Assembly (NCBI GenBank): GCA_947166195.1
Contig: CAMVDF010000001.1
Span: forward strand, 1-54,732
Length of the DNA stretch: 54,732 bases
DNA from: an uncultured Lachnospiraceae bacterium
GTDB lineage: Bacteria > Bacillota > Clostridia > Lachnospirales > Lachnospiraceae
Direction of reading: 5' to 3'
The notes beneath the pieces were generated by a model. It did no database searches. It was given only the letters and a program-made list of their open reading frames with translations, and had not been told where the DNA came from. A program made the position numbers and the translations under genes. Every line of letters begins with the position of its first letter. The first letter of the stretch is position 1. Shown here piece by piece: positions 49,609-54,732 of this stretch.

Positions 49609-50685
49609 ATGAAGATAGGTGTTATATCGGGAGACGGTATCGGACCGGAAGTAGTCCGTGAAGCCAGAAAGGTACTGGATGCCTCAGCTTCAAAAAACGG
49701 TTTTTCCGTTGAATATACAGATATCCTCATGGGAGGCTGTTCAATAGATAAATACGGCGTTCCACTGACTGACGAAGCCGTAAAAGCAGCAAAAGCCTCG
49801 GAAGCGGTACTGATGGGATCGATAGGCGGAAACACCTCGACATCGCCGTGGTACAAACTTCCGCCGGATAAACGTCCGGAGGCAGGTCTTTTGGGGATCA
49901 GAAAAGCGCTGAACCTTTTTGCAAACCTCCGTCCTTCGGTTCTCTATGATGAGCTGAAGAGCGCATGTCCCTTAAGTGAAAAGACCGCACAGAAGGGCTT
50001 TGATCTCATCATAGTCCGGGAGCTTACGGGAGGTCTTTACTTCGGGAAAAGATATACGGAGGAAAAAGACGGAGTTACAACAGCCGTAGATACCCTGACC
50101 TACAGCGAAGAAGAGATCAGGCGGTGCGCGGTCAAGGCTTTTGAGATCGCTTCAAAGAGGCGGAAAAAAGTCACAAGCGTGGACAAGGCAAATGTACTTG
50201 ATTCTTCCCGACTCTGGAGAAAGGTGACGGAGGAAGTCTCACGTGATTATCCGGATGTGGAGCTGTCTCATATGCTTGTTGATAATGCGGCAATGCAGCT
50301 TGTAAAGGATCCGGCACAGTTTGATGTGGTCTTTACCGAGAATATGTTCGGAGATATCCTTTCTGATGAGGCGGCCGAGATCACCGGTTCCATAGGTATG
50401 CTTTCAAGCGCCTCATTAAACGAAACAAAATTCGGACTTTATGAGCCCTCAGGCGGATCGGCGCCTGATATAGCCGGACAGAATATAGCAAATCCCATTG
50501 CCACCATCCTCTCTGCCGCAATGATGCTTCGCTTTTCCTTTGACAGGGACAAAGAGGCTTCCGATATCGAAAACGCGGTGAAATCTGTCCTGAAGGAGGG
50601 CTACCGTACCATAGATATCATGTCAGACGGAATGAAGAGGGTAAACACGGATGAAATGGGAACCCTGATCGCAAACAGATTGTAG
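49609..50685 (+). CDS. leuB: 3-isopropylmalate dehydrogenase
   Basis: GDGIGPEV, RPEAGLL, RELTGGLYFG, DKANVL, NMFGDILSD, GSAPDIAG. Confidence 0.95.
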   Translation: MKIGVISGDGIGPEVVREARKVLDASASKNGFSVEYTDILMGGCSIDKYGVPLTDEAVKAAKASEAVLMGSIGGNTSTSPWYKLPPDKRPEAGLLGIRKALNLFANLRPSVLYDELKSACPLSEKTAQKGFDLIIVRELTGGLYFGKRYTEEKDGVTTAVDTLTYSEEEIRRCAVKAFEIASKRRKKVTSVDKANVLDSSRLWRKVTEEVSRDYPDVELSHMLVDNAAMQLVKDPAQFDVVFTENMFGDILSDEAAEITGSIGMLSSASLNETKFGLYEPSGGSAPDIAGQNIANPIATILSAAMMLRFSFDRDKEASDIENAVKSVLKEGYRTIDIMSDGMKRVNTDEMGTLIANRL

Positions 50686-50694
50686 GAGGCTTAT

Positions 50695-52359
50695 ATGAAA
50701 AGTGATAATGTAAAACTCGGAGATGAGCACGCTCCTCACAGGAGTCTTTTCAATGCGCTGGGATTTACCAGAGAGGAAATGAAACGCCCCATGGTCGGGA
50801 TCGTCAGTTCCTACAATGAGATAGTTCCGGGCCACATGAACATAGACAAGATCGTTGAGGCTGTAAAACTCGGCGTTGCGGAAGCCGGAGGCATGCCCGT
50901 TGTTTTTCCTGCCATCGCAGTATGTGACGGTATCGCCATGGGCCATATAGGCATGAAGTATTCTCTGGTCACAAGGGATCTCATCTGTGATTCAACAGAA
51001 TGTATGGCTATCGCTCATCAGTTTGACGCTCTGGTCATGGTCCCGAACTGCGACAAGAATGTACCGGGTCTTCTCATGGCTGCTGCAAGGGTAAATGTCC
51101 CAACGGTCTTTGTATCCGGAGGCCCGATGCTTGCCGGAAGGGTTCATGGCAAAAAAACATCTCTTTCATCCATGTTTGAAGCCGTAGGTGCAAAAAAGGC
51201 CGGAACAATAGATGAAAAGGAACTTGATTATTTTGATGAGCATACATGTCCGACCTGCGGATCATGCTCAGGCATGTATACCGCAAATTCCATGAACTGC
51301 CTGACTGAAGCCATAGGAATGGGACTTCGCGGAAACGGTACCATACCGGCTGTATATTCCGAAAGGATCAGGCTTGCAAAACATGCCGGAAATATGGTCA
51401 TGGAGATGTACAGAAAGAACATCAGACCCAGGGATATCCTCACAAAAGAGGCGTTCATGAATGCGCTTACAGTTGATATGGCTCTGGGATGTTCCACAAA
51501 TACCATGCTCCATCTGCCCGCCATAGCTCATGAAGCAGGATTTGTGCTTGACATGGAGATAGCAAACGAGGTCAGTGCAAAGACACCCAACCTCTGTCAT
51601 CTGGCCCCTGCTGGCAGAACCTATATGGAGGACCTTAATGAGGCCGGAGGAGTTTATGCAGTCATGAACGAGCTTTCAAAGAAGGGGCTTTTGAATCTTG
51701 ACTGTATGACGGTGACGGGAAAGACTGTTGGCGAAAACATAAAAGATGCCGTAAATCTTGATCCCGAAACCATCAGACCGATCGATAACCCCTTCAGTCC
51801 GGAGGGAGGTATTGCGGTACTCAAGGGAAATATCGCTCCCGATACCGGCATCGTGAAGCGTTCCGCGGTTGCGCCTTCCATGATGGTCCATGAGGGACCT
51901 GCAAGGGTATTTGACTGCGAAGAGGATGCCATTGCTGCGATATACGGCGGAAAGATCAATCCGGGAGATGTAGTGGTCATCAGATACGAAGGCCCCAAGG
52001 GCGGACCCGGCATGAGAGAGATGCTCAATCCCACATCTGCCATAGCCGGTATGGGGCTCGGAGAAACTGTTGCTCTTTTGACCGACGGCAGATTTTCGGG
52101 GGCTTCCAGAGGAGCATCGATAGGGCATATCTCACCGGAAGCAGCCGTGGGCGGACCCATTGCCCTGATAAAAGAGGGGGACATCATAAAGATCAACATA
52201 CCTGAAAATTCCCTCAATGTTGATGTATCCGATGATGAACTGAACGAGCGCAAAAAAGAATGGAAGCCAAAGGAACCCAGGGTGACGACCGGTTATCTTG
52301 CACGTTATGAAAAACTGGTCACCAGCGGTAACAGAGGCGCTATACTTGAGATAAAGTAA
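50695..52359 (+). CDS. ilvD: Dihydroxy-acid dehydratase
   Basis: [41 protein letters not shown]. Confidence 0.96.
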   Translation: MKSDNVKLGDEHAPHRSLFNALGFTREEMKRPMVGIVSSYNEIVPGHMNIDKIVEAVKLGVAEAGGMPVVFPAIAVCDGIAMGHIGMKYSLVTRDLICDSTECMAIAHQFDALVMVPNCDKNVPGLLMAAARVNVPTVFVSGGPMLAGRVHGKKTSLSSMFEAVGAKKAGTIDEKELDYFDEHTCPTCGSCSGMYTANSMNCLTEAIGMGLRGNGTIPAVYSERIRLAKHAGNMVMEMYRKNIRPRDILTKEAFMNALTVDMALGCSTNTMLHLPAIAHEAGFVLDMEIANEVSAKTPNLCHLAPAGRTYMEDLNEAGGVYAVMNELSKKGLLNLDCMTVTGKTVGENIKDAVNLDPETIRPIDNPFSPEGGIAVLKGNIAPDTGIVKRSAVAPSMMVHEGPARVFDCEEDAIAAIYGGKINPGDVVVIRYEGPKGGPGMREMLNPTSAIAGMGLGETVALLTDGRFSGASRGASIGHISPEAAVGGPIALIKEGDIIKINIPENSLNVDVSDDELNERKKEWKPKEPRVTTGYLARYEKLVTSGNRGAILEIK

Positions 52360-52376
52360 GGACGGGAGGTTTTATT

Positions 52377-54062
52377 ATGCAGCTTACGGGAGCCGAGATA
52401 GTCATAGAGGTCCTGAAGGAACAGGGTGTAGATACCGTGTTCGGTTATCCTGGCGGTACTATCCTCAATGTTTATGATGAATTATACAAGCACAGTGACG
52501 AGATCAGGCATATACTCACGTCCCATGAGCAGGGTGCTTCACATGCAGCAGACGGATACGCCAGAAGTACGGGAAAGGTCGGTGTGTGTTTTGCCACCTC
52601 CGGACCCGGAGCCACAAATCTGGTGACCGGGATCGCAACCGCATATATGGACAGCGTACCCATGGTGGCGATCACTGCAAATGTCAATCTGCCTCTTTTG
52701 GGCAAGGATACCTTTCAGGAGGTTGATATAGTCGGCATCACAATGCCGATAACGAAGCACGGCTATATAGTCAAGGATGTGAATATCCTTGCAGATACGC
52801 TTCGAAAGGCCTTCAGTATTGCAAAAAGCGGCAGGCCCGGACCTGTCATCGTGGATATCACAAAGGATGTGACGGCAGCAAAATGCAGGTTTGAGGCCTG
52901 TGATATACCTGCGGAAACCTTTCCCAACCCTGTGATTGATGATTCCGGACTGAAGGATGCCGCAAAGCTTATAAACAGGTCTAAAAAGCCCTACATCTAT
53001 GTCGGAGGAGGAGCCGTCATTTCGGGAGCATCAAAAGTACTTGAGCAGTTTATCGAAAAGATCGACGCCCCCGTCTGCGATACACTCATGGGAAAGGGTG
53101 CCGTCAGCGCCTATGATCCTCATTACACGGGCATGATCGGAATGCATGGCACAAAGGCTTCAAACAGAGGCGTATCCGAATGTGACCTGCTGATAGCACT
53201 CGGAGCAAGGTTTTCTGACCGAGTTGTCGGTAATGCAAAACGTTTTGCCTCCCACGCAAAGATCCTTCACATTGACATCGATGATGCGGAGATAAACAAA
53301 AATATCCGTACCGATGCTTATGTTACCGGTGACCTGAAAGAGGTTCTTGAAAAACTCCTGCCTCTGGTCGATGAAAAAGATAACAGCGAATGGAATGCCC
53401 ATATCAGGGAATACTGCAGCAAGTTTCCTCTCGATTATCCAAAAGACAGGCTTACCTGTCCCTATGTGATCGAAAGGCTTGATGCACTCACCTCCTCGGA
53501 TGCCATAGTATCGACCGATGTGGGACAGCATCAGATGTGGACGGCCCAGTTCTACAGATTCAAGTCTCCGAGGCAGTTCCTGACATCAGGAGGACTCGGT
53601 ACCATGGGATACGGTCTGGGAGCCTGCATAGGGGCAAAGACCGGAAATCCTGACAGGGTATGTGTCAATATTGCCGGCGACGGGTGTTTCCGCATGAACA
53701 TGAACGAGCTCATGACTGCAGCCAGGAACAGGATCCCCGTTATAGAGATAGTCATAGACAACAGGGTTTTGGGAATGGTCAGGCAGTGGCAGACACTGTT
53801 TTATGACAAAAGATATTCGAATACGGTGCTTGAAGACAGTTCGGACTATGTAAAGATCGCAGAAGGCATGGGCTGCAATGCCATCAGGATCACAAAAAAA
53901 GAAGAAGTTGACAAGGCGATAAAAAAAGCCCTTGCATCCGATGTGCCGACCGTCATAGATGTGATGATAGAAGAGGATGACAAGGTATTTCCCATGGTCT
54001 CACCTGGTGGTGCGATCGAGGAGGCATTTGATGAAAAAGATATCAGGGAAGGAAGGGCCTGA
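52377..54062 (+). CDS. ilvB: Acetolactate synthase large subunit
   Basis: FGYPGG, HEQG, TSGPGATN, DVGQHQMW, GDG...DN TPP motif, GMVRQWQ. Confidence 0.95.
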   Translation: MQLTGAEIVIEVLKEQGVDTVFGYPGGTILNVYDELYKHSDEIRHILTSHEQGASHAADGYARSTGKVGVCFATSGPGATNLVTGIATAYMDSVPMVAITANVNLPLLGKDTFQEVDIVGITMPITKHGYIVKDVNILADTLRKAFSIAKSGRPGPVIVDITKDVTAAKCRFEACDIPAETFPNPVIDDSGLKDAAKLINRSKKPYIYVGGGAVISGASKVLEQFIEKIDAPVCDTLMGKGAVSAYDPHYTGMIGMHGTKASNRGVSECDLLIALGARFSDRVVGNAKRFASHAKILHIDIDDAEINKNIRTDAYVTGDLKEVLEKLLPLVDEKDNSEWNAHIREYCSKFPLDYPKDRLTCPYVIERLDALTSSDAIVSTDVGQHQMWTAQFYRFKSPRQFLTSGGLGTMGYGLGACIGAKTGNPDRVCVNIAGDGCFRMNMNELMTAARNRIPVIEIVIDNRVLGMVRQWQTLFYDKRYSNTVLEDSSDYVKIAEGMGCNAIRITKKEEVDKAIKKALASDVPTVIDVMIEEDDKVFPMVSPGGAIEEAFDEKDIREGRA

Positions 54063-54732
54063 AAGAAGGAAAACAATATATTTCGCAATCCTTTTTGCCT
54101 GTTTGTTTACGGCCGGGACGGTCTTTTTTGGAAGCGATGTCTATGCAACAGGTTTTACCTGCAGTGATTATTTCAACAGGCTTGTTGTGACAAACTCCGC
54201 CATGGATCTTGTTTCATCTGACGATGGATCGGATGATTACTCGCTTACCATCCTGCGTGACGGAGTTATACAGGGTGTTATAACCGAAGATGACATCACA
54301 AAAAAGAGTACCGCACTCGCCGTGGGCAGGATCAGGGGGAATTCCTTCTGTTCCGAAGCATTTCCGGATATTTCCTCGGAAAAGGATTTCGGACTCGTCA
54401 AAAACCTGAAATTTGATGAAGATCTGATCGACAGGGCGATCAGACGCCTTGAATTTGTAAGCGTTCTTCCCGACCATCCACAGCTTGTGGTAAGGATCAC
54501 CATGAACGAGGACGGACTGTACGAGCTTGACGACAACCATGACACCATATATGACAAGGACAGGATGATAGAGTGTATCAAACACGCCATCGAGGAGGGA
54601 GAAGACACTCTTGATCTTTCCGACTTTGACTTTTCGCTGGATCTCCCATACAGTGATGACCAGCAAAAGACTCTCGATTTTTTTGATGAGGTAAAAAAGT
54701 GGCAGGAGGCAAAGATAGAGCTTGAAGACATG
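54031..54732 (+). CDS. Partial secreted/membrane-anchored protein, probably the N-terminal part of an L,D-transpeptidase (PG_binding_4-like); runs off the window
   Basis: Not in the ORF track; GAGGAGG then ATG 54031; open to the window end; hydrophobic YFAILFACLFTAGTVFF; DKDRMIECIKHAIEEGEDTLDL resembles PG_binding_4 segments; catalytic domain not visible. Confidence 0.6.
   Translation, partial: MKKISGKEGPERRKTIYFAILFACLFTAGTVFFGSDVYATGFTCSDYFNRLVVTNSAMDLVSSDDGSDDYSLTILRDGVIQGVITEDDITKKSTALAVGRIRGNSFCSEAFPDISSEKDFGLVKNLKFDEDLIDRAIRRLEFVSVLPDHPQLVVRITMNEDGLYELDDNHDTIYDKDRMIECIKHAIEEGEDTLDLSDFDFSLDLPYSDDQQKTLDFFDEVKKWQEAKIELEDM

Noticed and set aside
54214-54731. Two minus-strand ORFs at the right edge
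   Set aside because: Shadows of the + strand partial CDS starting at 54031, which has a strong RBS and signal peptide

Overview
Chromosomal window from a Firmicute, most likely Lachnospiraceae (Butyrivibrio-like). The taxon is inferred from gene order and protein style, not from a marker gene. Most of the window (18.6-54.7 kb) is housekeeping: icd, ABC-F, rex, nnr, yebC, scpAB, a biotin-dependent Na+-pumping decarboxylase operon with a broken oadA, cmk-ispH-rpsA-cheR, thrC, cdd, gltA, tgt-yajC-leuB-ilvD-ilvB. The best candidate for an undescribed system is the accessory block at about 6.3-18.6 kb. It runs: REP-like dyad, Xre-Uma2 nuclease, near-consensus promoter, a compact multi-stem RNA leader (7344-7477), MNT-HEPN toxin-antitoxin pair, two giant surface-protein genes with AT-rich central segments, truncated hicA plus intact hicB, and a small LRR protein. 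Other items worth checking are a 134-bp TIR-bounded element sharing motifs with a hairpin upstream of thrC, an AP2/dead-HNH/AP2 protein, an orphan adenylation enzyme and a degenerate carboxyltransferase. No rRNA, tRNA, CRISPR array or intact transposase was seen. All calls are by eye; GC values are hand counts of single 60-nt lines.
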